A stretch of DNA of 64,000 nucleotides, from positions 832,001-896,000 of the forward strand of contig CAVVMW010000021.1 in NCBI GenBank assembly GCA_963749495.1, given 5' to 3'. Origin of the DNA: an uncultured bacterium. GTDB lineage: Bacteria; Verrucomicrobiota; Verrucomicrobiia; Limisphaerales; UBA8199. Below are positions 1-11,912 of the stretch, in pieces. Numbering within the stretch: the first letter of the stretch is position 1; each line of letters begins with the position of its first letter. A program made the position numbers and the translations under genes. The notes below the pieces were generated by a model. It was not told the origin of the DNA. It saw only the letters and a list, made by a program, of their open reading frames with translations, and did not search any database.

Positions 1-1
1 C

Positions 2-121
2 ATCTTGCCGTTCGTCAAACAGGGGCGCTTCGTGCGTTTCGACACGGACGATTGTGATCGGGCGATGCAGAAACTCCGGAGCCCAAGCATCTTCGACCGT
101 GTCCAAACTGGAGGCGTCTGA
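2..121 (+). CDS. C-terminal part of a small excisionase-like/HTH DNA-binding protein (partial, runs off the window)
   Basis: Manual translation ILPFVKQGRFVRFDTDDCDRAMQKLRSPSIFDRVQTGGV*, resembling the Xis/HTH_17 'LP.VK.GR.VRFD' wing; lies next to an att site. Confidence 0.55.
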   Translation: MLPFVKQGRFVRFDTDDCDRAMQKLRSPSIFDRVQTGGV

Positions 122-243
122 CCGCCCGTAAAGGGTCGTCATTGGAGAACACGAGATGCGGCGCGGCCGAAAAGACGAAACATGGTTTCGTCTCCGGCTT
201 CGCCGCTGGTGATCGAGAAAACGGGCCGTAAACCCCCAAATTC

Positions 244-265
244 TGTAGCAAGATTGTAGCAAGAT
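244..265. repeat. Tandem 11-bp repeat TGTAGCAAGAT x2, possible integrase arm-type site
   Basis: Seen directly, about 100 bp from the att core; function inferred. Confidence 0.45.
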
Positions 266-334
266 TTTCTAGAGTTTTATGGGTTTTCATGAGCTTCCAT
301 GGGTTTTGGCTCGGGTTGGGGCGAAATGACGGAA

Positions 335-363
335 CCCCCTGCAACTGCGTAAGTTGCAGGGGG
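335..363. repeat. Hairpin CCCCCTGCAACT-N5-AGTTGCAGGGGG adjacent to the tRNA 3' fragment
   Basis: Perfect 12-bp inverted repeat immediately 3' (minus strand) of the tRNA fragment. Confidence 0.7.
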
Positions 364-365
364 CA

Positions 366-420
366 AATTGGTTGCGGGGGCTGGATTTGAACCAGCGACC
401 TTCAGGTTATGAGCCTGACG
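366..420 (-). repeat. att-like direct repeat: 3' 52 nt of tRNA-fMet plus 3 nt
   Basis: Identical over 55 bp to 55207-55261; lacks the tRNA 5' part. Confidence 0.95.
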
Positions 421-964
421 GGGGAGGGGGCGAAGGACTTATGTTCAAGCCAGGACCTCGATCCCTGTTGAACAGTCGGGCGTGGGAACTCATCGGCCCT
501 CAGCACGCCGCGCAGGGCGAAGGCCGGAATTCGAAGTCCGGCCTCAAGTCGTCTGCTGCATTGCTTGGGTCTTCGGAGCTCGGATTTCCAGCGGCGGAGT
601 CCTGGTGAACCACCCGGGTTGGCGCCTGTTTCTGCCCACGTCCGGTCTTGCGGAGAGGCTTTTCGTCGAGATCCACCAACACGGGATCTTGGGTTTCCGC
701 GCCGCCCGCGGCGCGCACGCCTGGTCCTTGACGCACTTGCCACCTGAGCATTGAATAAGCCCGTGCATGCCATGCTCGCCGCTTCCGCCCTCCCCCGTGT
801 GCGCCGATCGAGCCGCCGACCGATTCACCGGCTCCTGACCGCCCTGTTCTTTCTGATCGCGCTGGCCGCCCGCTCGGGCGAGGTACTCTATAACGGCAAA
901 TGGAATCAACTATCAAACCCATGCCCAGGGGCGGGATTTCGGATACGGCACGCCCAAACAGTGG

Positions 965-1459
965 GTGGCGTTGTTGTGGATTTGCGTGTTGGTCGGCGGC
1001 GCTGGCATCATTTTATGGCGGGTATCGCCAAAGGTAGTTGCCGTGCTGGTCGCACTGGTGGCGACAGCCCTCGGCATTCTCTTGGGCCTGCTCACCCCTT
1101 GGCACACGCAATCGCTTTCGGCAAGCGCAGCGCGGAAGATTGTCATCGAGCACCAGCCCGCCCGATTCGAGATTATCGAATACAGCAATGGTTCGAAGGA
1201 GTTGTGGATGACTCCGCCAAAGAGCAGGCACTATCCCCGCTTTATCGCGCCAGCGGATGGACCCATGCTCGCGCTGCTGGCCGAGAACAAAATTGCCTTC
1301 CATACCTCGATTCAGGGTGTGGACTTTGGGTATGATGTGCCGAGACGAGGGATGGCGCTGCTCTATATCTCCATTTTGGCAACGGGTGCGGTCGTCATTT
1401 TGTGGCGGGCATGGAGAAAGGAACCTCGGTTTCCGGCGTCTGTTAGCTCCAGTCTCTGA
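965..1459 (+). CDS. Hypothetical membrane protein (start uncertain)
   Basis: Three hydrophobic segments; similar motifs ALLWICVLVGGAGIILWR and ALLYISILATGAVVILWR at the two ends. Confidence 0.55.
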   Translation: MALLWICVLVGGAGIILWRVSPKVVAVLVALVATALGILLGLLTPWHTQSLSASAARKIVIEHQPARFEIIEYSNGSKELWMTPPKSRHYPRFIAPADGPMLALLAENKIAFHTSIQGVDFGYDVPRRGMALLYISILATGAVVILWRAWRKEPRFPASVSSSL

Positions 1460-2164
1460 TATCGTGCCGACATTCGGGCCGGCTCCTCTGGCGCTCTCAA
1501 GCTGGCACGAACTCACTCATTCGACGACCGGAAGGCAGCCTGTTAGCCTCTGCCATTCACTCGAATCAAATACCGGCAGGAAGTCCCAGAAAACCCTCTG
1601 GCCAGTCAGCCGTTCACCGGGACCTTCAACTCGAGGCCGCCCAGGTCCACGGTTTCTCCAGCTTGCAATAGGACGGATTTCTGAATGACCGCGGTTGTGG
1701 TTCCCGGCCCCGGACCGGACAGCACTTGCACCGAAATCGCGGCACCGGGATTTCGGTTCCTTCCTCCAGCACGCGCCCGCTGAAGGCCGGGAAAGTGCGC
1801 TTGTCCTCGGCGCCGCGAAGCGGTAGATCGGCAGCCCACCGAGGCCTCGCCTCGGCCAAGCAGGCCTGGTTTTTTGCCGCCGCATCAGAGGATCAGGAGA
1901 AAACGGGTCCACGCAACCGGCGGATTCATCACCCATAACGAGCCTGTTCCGCCTGGGGGCGGCATTAGCGCCGCTTTTGGCTTGACGGTGAGGAGGCGAG
2001 CGGTATCATGGCTACGCCAAGTATGAATAGGAACTTCGCACAACCGGTTTTCCCTTGGCCGCGTGGTGTCAAGGGCCAAAGCCTCATGGGTTCCTTGCCG
2101 GGGAACGGGAGTTCCTCCGCCGCTACTTCGAAGATGGTATCCATCCCGACTAAGAGTAAAGGCC

Positions 2165-3847
2165 ATGAATAACCAACCCCTGACGATTGTGATGGCATTC
2201 CTCGGCATTGTTTGCGCGAATTGCTGCGACGGAGCCGACCTCTCCACCCAGCGCGCTGGCGCGGAAGCCGGCGCGGTGAGGCATCCGCCCGTTTTCAATG
2301 TCCGGGACTATGGAGCGGTTGGGGATGGAGCCGCCCTTGACACCCCCGCGTTCCAGGCTGCCATAGATGCATGCCATGAAAAGGGAGGAGGCATGGTCCT
2401 GGTGCCGCGCGGCCAATTCGTGGCTGGCACGATTCTCCTCAAGAGCGACGTGCAACTCGATCTGGCATCCTCGGCAGTGATTCTGGGCAGCAAGGATCTG
2501 TCCCATTACGCCACGAACATCGCCCGCTGCGGGTTTGTGAACGAGACGGCCATCGACAAATGCCTGGTGTATGCGGAGCACGCCGAAAACATTGCTATTA
2601 CCGGGAGGGGAACGATCGACGGCCAAGGCGGCGCCTTTCCCTGGCGCCTTCCGGACGGCCAACCGGGAGAGCGGCCCATGCTGATCCGCTTTTTCCAATG
2701 CACAAACGTGGTGGTGGAAGCGGTGACACTGCGGAGCGCGGGCGCGTGGTGCTCGCATTACCGGGAGTGCGACGGGGTGCGCGTTCATGGCATTGCCATC
2801 CATAACCGAGCGAATGGGAATGGGGATGGCATTGACCTGATGAGCACAAGGAACGTCCGAATATCGGATTGCACGCTGCTCTGCGAGGATGACGCGATCT
2901 GTTTCCAAAATATGTCGGACGAACGCCCCACGGAAAACATTGTTATCGACAACTGCATCCTGAGCACCCGCTGGGCGGCGATCCGCTCTGGCGGGGCTCA
3001 TCGTGGAGGCATTCGGCGCGTCACCGTTTCAAATTGCGTCATCATGGACACATACGGCTGCGGGATAAAGCTGCAGGTTTCCGGCAACGGTTCGCTCGAA
3101 GATATGACGTTCAACAACCTGGTCATGACCAGGGTCACCAGCCCCATTTCGCTGCGCTTCGGCAACCATCACTACAACAACGAGACCAGAGATGAAGCTT
3201 ACCCCTTCGGCAAAATGCGCAATCTGGTGTTCAGCAACATCCGGGCGAGCGTTCTCGACGAAGCCGAACTGAAAAGGGAGGTTCCCGATCATCATCCCGG
3301 CGAGCAACGCCAGTGCATCTCGATCTGCGGCATTCCCGGCCAGCCGGTCGAGGGGATTACGCTCAGCGACATCCAAGTCACGTTTCCCGGCGGCGGCACG
3401 CCTGAGGAAGCGGCCAAAAGAGACCTGCCGGAATTCGCGGACGAGTATCCCGAGTATTTCTTATGGGGCGTGCTGCCGGCGTACGGCCTGTATGCGCGGC
3501 ATGTCCGAAACCTCACTTTGGACAACGTCCGCTTCGAACTTGCGAAGCAGGATGCTCGGCCCGCCATTATTTGTGACGACGTCCAGGACCTGGAACTGTC
3601 CGGTTTCAAGGCCCAGGCGGGGGTCTCGGTTGAATCCCTCATCCGGCTGCGGGCGGTTCAACGCGCGTTCATTCACGGCTCAAGGCCGCTCGATGAGATT
3701 GGCACTTTTGTTCGTGTTGAGGGTGCGAGCAGCAAAGATATTGTCTTGGCCGGGAACAACCTTGCTCACGCGAAGCAAGCCGTGGAACGAGTTGGGGGGG
3801 CGCCGGCCGTGGATTGCAGCCAGCAACCGGCCGCGCCTGGACGTTGA
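2165..3847 (+). CDS. Glycoside hydrolase family 28 (pectin-lyase fold), secreted
   Basis: FNVRDYGAVGDG..DT.AFQAAID, NGDGID and EDDAIC motifs; N-terminal hydrophobic signal. Confidence 0.85.
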   Translation: MNNQPLTIVMAFLGIVCANCCDGADLSTQRAGAEAGAVRHPPVFNVRDYGAVGDGAALDTPAFQAAIDACHEKGGGMVLVPRGQFVAGTILLKSDVQLDLASSAVILGSKDLSHYATNIARCGFVNETAIDKCLVYAEHAENIAITGRGTIDGQGGAFPWRLPDGQPGERPMLIRFFQCTNVVVEAVTLRSAGAWCSHYRECDGVRVHGIAIHNRANGNGDGIDLMSTRNVRISDCTLLCEDDAICFQNMSDERPTENIVIDNCILSTRWAAIRSGGAHRGGIRRVTVSNCVIMDTYGCGIKLQVSGNGSLEDMTFNNLVMTRVTSPISLRFGNHHYNNETRDEAYPFGKMRNLVFSNIRASVLDEAELKREVPDHHPGEQRQCISICGIPGQPVEGITLSDIQVTFPGGGTPEEAAKRDLPEFADEYPEYFLWGVLPAYGLYARHVRNLTLDNVRFELAKQDARPAIICDDVQDLELSGFKAQAGVSVESLIRLRAVQRAFIHGSRPLDEIGTFVRVEGASSKDIVLAGNNLAHAKQAVERVGGAPAVDCSQQPAAPGR

Positions 3848-3956
3848 AATCCCGGTCGCCGTCATCTCGCGATTGCGCACGCCGGAGCATTTTCTGCAAA
3901 AAACAGAGAGAGTTTCGCGAAAATGAGTGGTTTCGGCTATGGGAGAGTGATCATAG

Positions 3957-5639
3957 TTGGTGGCACTGCGACAAGCCATGAATAAAAGAAGAAGCGCCGA
4001 CTTTGACCGAGTACCGCGTTCAAATGTTGCTCTATCGCTGTTATGCCTGCTTTGGGTTGTGCCCCCATGCGTCGGTGCGGGGATTACCCCCACGCCGAGT
4101 GAACTGGGCAACGCCGCTCGCTGGGCGGCCGCCAAGTTCGATGGCCCATCTTCGTCGGCCAAGCCTCGGGCGGGGCTGCGCGTCCTCGCGAACCACGACC
4201 CGGTGCAATTGAACGCCCGCGCGGGCAAGCCGCTGCAGATTGTCGATGCCCGTTATACGCGGGGTCTTTATTGCCATGCGATCAGCAAAGTCCTGGTCCG
4301 GCTCCCGGGACCGGGTGATGAATTCACCGCCCTCGTGGGCGTCAACAGCAATGATGACACGCGCGGGGGCCGGGGCAGCGTGCATTTCCTGGTCGGGGTG
4401 GGAGGACAAAACCGCTTCAAAAGCCCGCTGATGCGGGAGGGAATGGCCGGCCTGCCGCTCAAGGTGCCGTTGGACGGGGTCAGCGAATTCGTGCTGGAGG
4501 TGGATGACGGCGGCAACGGGATCGGTTGCGATCAAGCCGACTGGGCCGAGGCCAGGGTGAAGCTCAAGGATGGCACGGAGGTATGGTTGGCGGACCTGGG
4601 TTTGGAGGAAGCCGAGATCTCGAACGAGCCGCCGTTCACGTTCCTGCTGGAGGGCAAGTCTTCCGCCGAGTTTCTCAACACCTGGAAGGTCGAGCGCTCC
4701 CGCCGCGAGTTGGATGCGAATCGCACGGAGCACCTGGCGACGTATTCGGATCCGAAAACGGGCCTCGAGGCACGCTGCCGGGCGTTGGAGTATCGGGATT
4801 TCCCCACTGTCGAATGGACCGTATATCTCAAGAACCTGTGGCGGCGCTGGATGGTGGCCTGGAACATCCCGCGTCCTGGCGGCACATTGCCCAGCCCGCT
4901 CTTGACGCCGTGCAGTTCGCACCAGTTCGGCGAGATGATCCATGCCAACGAACAGAGCCAAATCCAGTTCATCGACCGCTACCAGGAGGAGGGCTTCGCC
5001 ATTGACTTTTGGTGGATGGACGCCGGTTGGTACGTCAACCGGAGCGGCTGGCCAAACACCGGGACGTGGCTGGTGGACAGCAATCGATTCCCTCACGGAC
5101 TGCGCGCCATCACCGACCACGGGCACGCCAAGGGCGTCAAGTCCATCGTGTGGTTCGAGCCGGAGCGGGTTACCGGGGGGACGTGGCTGGCAGAGAAGCA
5201 TCCCGAATGGCTGCTCAAAGGCACCCTGTTGAATCTGGGCTGCTTGCCGGCCCGGGAGTGGCTCACGGACCACATCGACCAACTGCTGACTGAACAAGGA
5301 ATCGACCTCTACCGCCAGGACTACAATATCGATCCACTGGAATTCTGGCGCAGCGCCGATGGGCCGGACCGACAGGGGATAACGGAGAATCACTACGTCG
5401 CCGGCTACCTGGCCTACTGGGATGAGCTGCTGCGTCGGCGCCCGGGCATGCTTATCGACTCGTGCGCGAGCGGCGGGCACCGGAACGACCTCGAGACGAT
5501 GCGCCGCTCCGTGCCGTTTCTGCGGTCGGATTATATTTTTGACCCGGTGGCCAACCAGTGCCACAGCTACGGCCTGGCGCTTTGGCTCCCCTATAATGGC
5601 ACGGGAACCGGCCCGCGGCAGTTCAGCCTTTACGAATAA
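3957..5639 (+). pseudogene. NPCBM-domain GH36 alpha-galactosidase, probably internally deleted near 4835 and C-terminally short
   Basis: NPCBM (RGLYCHA..DQADWAEAR); WWMDAGWY, VWFEPE, YRQD, DSCASGGHR, RSD; abrupt junction WTVYLKN|LWRRWM. Confidence 0.7.
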
Positions 5640-5657
5640 GAGAATACAGGATGAGAA

Positions 5658-6153
5658 ATGACTCCGATTCGATTTTCCTGCGGGGTGCTGAGGGGGTTTG
5701 TTTGCACGGCCGTCTCTCTGGGATTCGCCTTGGGTTCGGGGTGGGGGGCGTTCGCTCGGGGTTTGGCGGACGCCGCCCCATTGCCGGGGCGGCACGGGGC
5801 AACCCTCTATGTTTCCAAGCAGGGCGACAATTACTACGTCATTTACCTGCACGCCGCGGTTCCCGGCCACAATGGCTGGATTTCATTCCTCGCACGGTCC
5901 GTGGACCTCGAGACTTGGGAACTGAGCCCGTTCAATCCCATCCTCGAAGCGGGCCCCGGCGAGGGCATCAACAACTCGGACGTGGATCTGTTCGAGTACC
6001 GAGGGCCGGACCTACCTGTTCTACGCCAGCGGCAACCAGGCGGATTGGAGCTCGATCCGCGTGGCCCAATTTGCCGGGCCGATGAAGGACTTCTTTGCCG
6101 GCCATTTCCCCGAGGCCGCTCCGGCCATCAAGATCAGCGCGGTGCGCAAGTAG
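5658..6153 (+). pseudogene. Collapsed secreted protein: signal peptide + LYVSKQGDN joined to a beta-propeller GH-like C-terminus; frameshift near 6005
   Basis: ARSVDLETWELSPFNPIL..EGINNSDVDLFEY, continuing in another frame as RTYLFYASGNQADW..KISAVRK*. Confidence 0.6.
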
Positions 6154-6196
6154 CCCTGCGCTACCAGTACCCCCCCAACATAGGACAGGTGGCGGT

Positions 6197-7099
6197 TTAT
6201 TGTCCGGAGGATGTGGGCACCGAGCCTCGGGCCTGGAGCCATGCGACATCAACGTTGTTGGGCGAAGAGATGTTCTCCGTTAGTTGCGCGGTGCCCATGG
6301 GGAAGTTGGTGCGGCCATCGCGCCACCTGTGGATTTCGGAATGGCCATCGGCAAAACCGATGCCCCCGGCACCGTTGTGGTAGCTCGCGGGGACATTGAC
6401 GAGTTCCGCGGCGGCGCCCCTGTTCACCAGATCGGTGCCAAAACTGCCATCATCGATGCTGTCTGCACGCTCGTCCACGAAGGTCAGAATCTGCGCCGGA
6501 TTCCGGATCTGGGTCAACCTGCGGTAATTGACGAAGTTTTCGTCAGGCGCACACCACCAGTCGCTTGGGCAGTTCAGCTTCTGGTTCAAGGACACGCTAC
6601 GAACGCGGGGGTACGTCTGGCCCACCATTTTGGCGGTGCTCTTGTCCGCCGGGCACTTGTAGCACGCTACGTTTTGCACGTAACGATACAAATCGCCATT
6701 GATGAGGTTAAGGACGTTCGTATTATCGGTGTCAGCCTGGCCCAATTGCATCCAACCGATGACCCAGCCATACTTGTTCTGGAGCCAGCCGCCAGTCACG
6801 AGCCGGTCGGCATTATCATGGGCGTAGGTGGCCCAGCCGAGATTCAACTGATGGAGGTTGTTCAAGCAGTAGATGCCTTGGGCTTTGGTCTTGGCCTTGG
6901 TCAGGGCCGGCAGCAACAGGCTGGCCAGGATGGCGATAATCGCGATAACGACTAGAAGCTCGATCAAGGTGAACGCCCCGACCCCGGCCCCGGGCCCGTG
7001 AGCGCCCTGAAGCCCTACGGGGCGCCCAACCGGCGATCGCCCCCTTTCGTCGTTGTTGTCCCTCGAATTTTCCATAATCTTCATGTCCTCAGGCGGCAT
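6197..7099 (-). CDS. Prepilin-type N-methylation domain protein with H-X9-DG motif (start uncertain)
   Basis: [47 protein letters not shown]. Confidence 0.92.
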   Translation of the reverse strand: MPPEDMKIMENSRDNNDERGRSPVGRPVGLQGAHGPGAGVGAFTLIELLVVIAIIAILASLLLPALTKAKTKAQGIYCLNNLHQLNLGWATYAHDNADRLVTGGWLQNKYGWVIGWMQLGQADTDNTNVLNLINGDLYRYVQNVACYKCPADKSTAKMVGQTYPRVRSVSLNQKLNCPSDWWCAPDENFVNYRRLTQIRNPAQILTFVDERADSIDDGSFGTDLVNRGAAAELVNVPASYHNGAGGIGFADGHSEIHRWRDGRTNFPMGTAQLTENISSPNNVDVAWLQARGSVPTSSGQ

Positions 7100-7212
7100 A
7101 TTTTACCTTTTGCGGATTCCTTGTTCAACCTTTTAGGTTCCAGGGCGCAAGCCCAGCTTGGAAGCCGGCGCTCGGCGCCTCCGGCTTCGAGGCGCGTGGC
7201 GCAGCTTTCGCG

Positions 7213-7362
7213 GTAACTGTCCAGGTGGGCACGCGTGGGGCAGACCTCTGGTCTGCCGGTTAGGGGGGCCTCTGGCCCCGAGTCTTGCACCTGCAAGGGA
7301 CACGGAGCCGGAGGCTCCGTGAACCGGCAGACCAGAGGTCTGCCCCACACCTGAAAAGTCAC
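7213..7362. repeat. REP/MITE-like palindromic element, copy 1
   Basis: GTGGGGCAGACCTCTGGTCTGCCGG...CCGGCAGACCAGAGGTCTGCCCCAC with outer GTAACTGTCCAGGTG/CACCTGAAAAGTCAC; second copy at 33749-33883. Confidence 0.85.
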
Positions 7363-7370
7363 CGTTGGCG

Positions 7371-10300
7371 CTACTGCATCAGGCGATAAAACGCATTGCT
7401 CTTCCCAATGGGGATGGTCACCATGTTTTGGCCGCCACTGGGCACGATGGTGTTGGTCACTGCCGACCAGGTTGCAGCCGCGCCGAGTCGGGGCGTCATC
7501 TGCAAGCTGAACCCGGCGGCCGAGGCCGGCCAGGAGATCACGACCGCCTCGGCCTGAGCCTGAATCTGCAGGGCCGGCCGGGTGACGACCGCCGGAGCGG
7601 TGAAGTATTTCCGCTGCAAATAGGTCTCTGCCGCGGAGCGCTGAGCGGCGTCAACGGAGTTATACACGAGTATTTCCGCAATGTCGCCGAGCAGGTGTTG
7701 GCTGCCATTGGACAAGTAACCAACCGTGAGCGACTCGCCGCCGTAAGGCACTGGCATGGTGACCATGTCACTGCCCGCGTTGGTCGCGTTCACGTAGAGC
7801 ACCTTGGTTCCGTCAGAGGCCAAGGTTGCCGTGATCTCGGCCGGCGTGTTGTCCGCGAGCAAGGAAACGCCGCCGGGTTCGAGACTGTCGCCGACGGTGA
7901 ACCATTTTACCTGGCCGGCGGTTGTATCGCTAATGCCGAGCACCCAGCCCACCACGTCGGTGTAATTCGCGATGATCGTCCTCATCGTGGTCGTATTATC
8001 CGCGCTGGCGACGACATAAAGGCTCAGGTCCTGCAACTCGAGGTCCGTTGGATTATCGCACAGAAGGCCGGAGGAGGCGCCGTCAAAACGAATGACCGGG
8101 GTTGGCAGACCGTTGGGGAAATTGGCCGCAAACGCCAATTGCGGGCCGGTCCCCGCGACCGAACCGTTATGGTCATTGGCCCAACTGGATTGATCCATCC
8201 AGTTGGTCACGGTGTGGCCGTCTGAAGTCAAGACCCCGGCGTCAGCCGCCAGCCAGACCACCAGGCCGCTGCGGGGAGGAAGGGCTGACGAGGGGGGCAT
8301 CGCCAGGGCGATCTGGGAATTGGTGGCGATGACGTTGCCCACCAGGTCCTGGACCCCGTTGACCGTCAAGGTGTAGGTCGAGCCCCTGGGCCAACGGCGA
8401 GGTGGTCAACACAACGGTGTTCGAATTGAGCCCGAAGGCCGCTTGTTGGATGATTACCCCGTTGTTGATGGCGTAATTGCCTGGGTTGAGGACGGCGGCG
8501 CCCGCGACGGTTTTCGAGAAGACCACGGTTACCTGGCTGGCGCTCAAGTAATCCCGAAAGGCCGAAACCAAGGCAGGTGCGTTCGTGTCCAGGATAACCT
8601 TCAAGATCGCATTGGAACTCGTCACGGTGCCAAAGCTGTTGCTGAGCACCACACTGAAGGCATCGCCTTGTTGGGCACGGCTGACGCCGGGGATCTCATA
8701 GATCGCCTGCGTGGCGCCGGGGATGACGGACCCATTCAGCAGCCACTGGAAGGAGACCGGCGGGGCCCCCAAGTAGAGGACCTCGAACGAGACGGGATCG
8801 AGCTCGGCTACGGTCTCACTCTGTGGCTGCAGAGTGATCACAGGCTTGTCGGTTCCCACCTCGAAATACTTTTGGTTCAGGTAGTTCCAGACCAGGGCCT
8901 CTTGCGAGGGGGAGACCGCGTCGTAAGCGATAAGTTCGGCGAGGTTGCAGGCGCAATGCTGAGCGCCGTTGCCCAAATAGCCGACCGTGAGTTTGACACC
9001 GGAAGCATAGGTGAGAGGAATTCCGCTCTCGGAACCCAACAGGTTGGTGCCCATGAACAGGCTCTTGAGGCGGCCGGCACTGGAATAGGTGCAGGTGGTC
9101 ATATAGTACTGGCCCACCACCATTGGCGCCCCCGTGTTTTGGAGGGAGTCCGGCGGCGCAGTAAACCACTTCACTACGTCTTGGGTGTCGTCGCTGATCC
9201 CCACGCACCAGCCGGCGACATCGCGATAATTGCTGAAAAGGGTTTTCATTTGACCATCCTGCGGAATGCTCCACACCGCATAAATGGCCATGTTCGTCAA
9301 GAGCATGTCGCTGCCGTTGGCGAGGTTAAACCCTGCACTCGCGCCATCGAATTGGATGACAGAATGGAGCCCGTTGGGGAAGGTATCATCCTGGACCAGC
9401 AGGGATGAGCCGGTACTGGTCCCGTTTTTCGGCGGGGTGCCCACCTGTTGGTCCGCCCAGGCGGTGGCCGCCCCGCTCGCATTGGTGGTGACGCCCAGGT
9501 CGGCGCGGAGCCAGAGCTTGAGATGGGCGGTGGGAATCGGAGCGTTGGGGTTCACTACCGCCAGCGCATGCCGGGCACCGGCGGCAATAACGTTGCCATT
9601 CAGGTCCGCCACCCCGTTGACCGTCAGCGCGTACGCCGGGCCGAAGGTGATGGGCGAGGTCGTCAGCACCACCGTGTCGGGCGTGGCGCCAATGACGGCG
9701 CTGCTCACCGTCACTCCATTGTTGATGGCATAGTTCGCGGCCACGGTCGCGGTCGCCGCCGACACCGCCTTGGAAAAAACCACCGACACAGTAGTGGAGC
9801 TGACATAATCCCGGTCGGCCGAAGCCAGGGTCGGCGGCGTGGTATCGGGAATCACCGTCAGCGCGGCCGAACTGGTCGCCGTCCCCAGGCCGTTGCTCAC
9901 CACGACGGTGAATTGCCCTGCATTGGTGCGGCTGACACTGTTCAAGGTGTACCAGGGAGCGGTCGCCCCCGGCACGGCCGCGCCGTTCGTGAACCACTGA
10001 TAGCTTAGGGGTGGAGCGCCGTTGGCCCCGACGGCAAAGGTCACCGGCAGCGATTCATTGACGGTTTGGTTGACGGCCTGTTTGGCGATCGCCGCCGCGC
10101 CGGTGGGTGTGAAGAAGTATTTCTGGTAAAAATAGGCCTCGACCGCCAGACGTTGCGCGGCGGATTCACTGTCGTAGAAGAGGACTTCCGCGATATCGCC
10201 CGTGAAAAAATCGCCACTAAGAGTGACGTCCAGGATGTTAGTATCCAGCGGTGCATCGACGTTGGGAAACGTCCCGTAAGCCCCTATCGCAAGGGCGGCC

Positions 10301-10941
10301 CAAGTTGCATAAGTGAGGGCGTTGCCGCTGGCGGTGGCCGCTTGCACCCCATTCGTGTAAAGGGTCTTTGCCCCGGTGACACTGTCGAAGGTAGCCTCGA
10401 CCAGGAAAGGCGTATTGTTTGCCAAACGAGCGGAGAGCAGGTCGTTCCCCGGCGTGCCGGTGTACCAGTCCGCCGCTCCGGGCGAGTTGGCATTTCGGCT
10501 TAACCCGAGGATGAACCCGAACGGAGACCGGGAATTCGCCAGCAGAGCGCCGCCCGAGGTCGGGTCGGCGATGGCCGCCACAACATAGGCGCTGACCGTC
10601 GGCGTCGTTGCGTCCAGGACGTTCTCCAGCACGAAGCCCGTGGTGCCGTCGAGTGTAATCACCGCGTGCGCCCCACTGGGGAAACTTGAGCCGACCGACA
10701 ACATCGGCACGCCCATGCCCGAGGAGATGCCGTCATGCGCCAGTCCGCCGGCCACCAGGGCCGGCGCTTGATCCGCCCACGATACGATACTCCCGTCGCT
10801 GTTCGTGGTTACGCCCTTGTCGGCCGCGAGCCAGATTTTCAGGTTCTCAGCCGGCGGCTGCGTTGCGCCCGCCAAGCTCCAGTAGGGCTGCAGGGCGAGA
10901 AGCGTTAAGGCGAGAGATACGAATATGAGGTTGGTTTTCAT
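7371..10941 (-). CDS. Large secreted LamG-like/Ig-domain surface protein, split by a frameshift near 8385
   Basis: Three 'L.lWL.AD.GV..W.DQ' jelly-roll repeats, Ig repeats (G.PPLSYQW..NG), C-terminal AFYRL domain; ORFs 8242-10941 and 7371-8369 overlap and continue the same repeat (LTVNGV.DL.GN). Confidence 0.85.
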
Positions 10942-11349
10942 ACACGCTGCATGGATACTGAGGGTTCATCGGTTGGGGGTTGGATTTCCGCAGACCCTTC
11001 CCCGGGGGGAAGCGATCACCCCCCTGTGGCTGCCAGGAGATAAGTTGAGGACTGCGCGGGCACCTCCGCTGGGCGCAGGTTGCAGAGACTGGGATCGCTC
11101 TGGAGGGCCCATTTTCATGTTCATTGTTGCCAGGATGTTCCATGAGGCACAATTCAGCCACTGCTTTTCGGTTGAAAGTGTTGCTTTTTTCAGGTTGGGC
11201 GCGTCCCGGTCGGGCCAGGATCATGCGAAAAACCAGCGAAAAACGCTCGGAAAGCAAAAGCGCGGCCGGGGCCTGTTCTGTTGTGCTGGAGCGATTGAGC
11301 CTTCCACCGCGCGGATTGCGGGCAGACCGGCTCCGGTGGGGGTTTCCAG

Positions 11350-11766
11350 ATGCAGCCGCGCGTTAATCACCTCCGCGCGGCAACCGGATGGAATGAATCC
11401 TGGCGGTGGATGTTCGCCTCGCAAATGGTCGTCGTGGTGCTCTTCGCCCTGTTCCTGTTCCGGTTGCCGCCCAGCCCGCGCTGGCTGGCCCAGCGTGGCA
11501 GATTCGACGAGGCCCTCCAGGTGCTGGTGAAAGTGCATGGCCGCGAAGGTGCCGCAGCCGAATTGACCGAGATTAAGGAAGCGCTGACGCAGGAGACCGG
11601 CGGGTTCGCCGAACTGCTCACGCCCGGGATTCGTTACGCGCTGGGCATTGGCTTGCTCCTGGCCTTCTTCAACAACTGGACCGGTTGGTCCGCGATGGGG
11701 GGCTACATTCCGGAGACCAAGGGACGCGCCATCGAGGAGATCGCGCGGTCCTGGCAGCGCCACTAA
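11350..11766 (+). pseudogene. Sugar-porter MFS transporter remnant (5' part missing, internal deletion)
   Basis: SWRWMF..PPSPRWL joined to the C-terminal PETKG.AIEEI motif; only about 130 aa. Confidence 0.8.
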
Positions 11767-11791
11767 GTCGAACCACGCAACATTGGCACAG

Positions 11792-11871
11792 CCTTTGTCG
11801 CTTCCTTTGTCGCTTCCTTTGTCGAGAAACGGCGCATTCGACAAAGGCCGCGACAAAGGCTGCGACAAAGG
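11792..11871. repeat. Inverted array of short tandem repeats (CCTTTGTCG x3 / CGACAAAGG x3)
   Basis: Seen directly between convergent genes. Confidence 0.8.
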
Positions 11872-11912
11872 TTCAAAACCCGCATGAGTGTGCCAATGTG
11901 GGTTGTTCCGAT

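Noticed and set aside
366..420. Second functional tRNA
   Set aside because: The 5' acceptor strand and D arm are absent.
421..960. Integrase at the island end
   Set aside because: No recombinase motifs recognised in any frame; only a short signal-peptide-like fragment (LIALAARSGEVLYNG).
1460..2060. Genes in this interval
   Set aside because: Only short plausible fragments; nothing assignable.
11792..11871. CRISPR array
   Set aside because: 12-bp units with no spacers and no cas genes.
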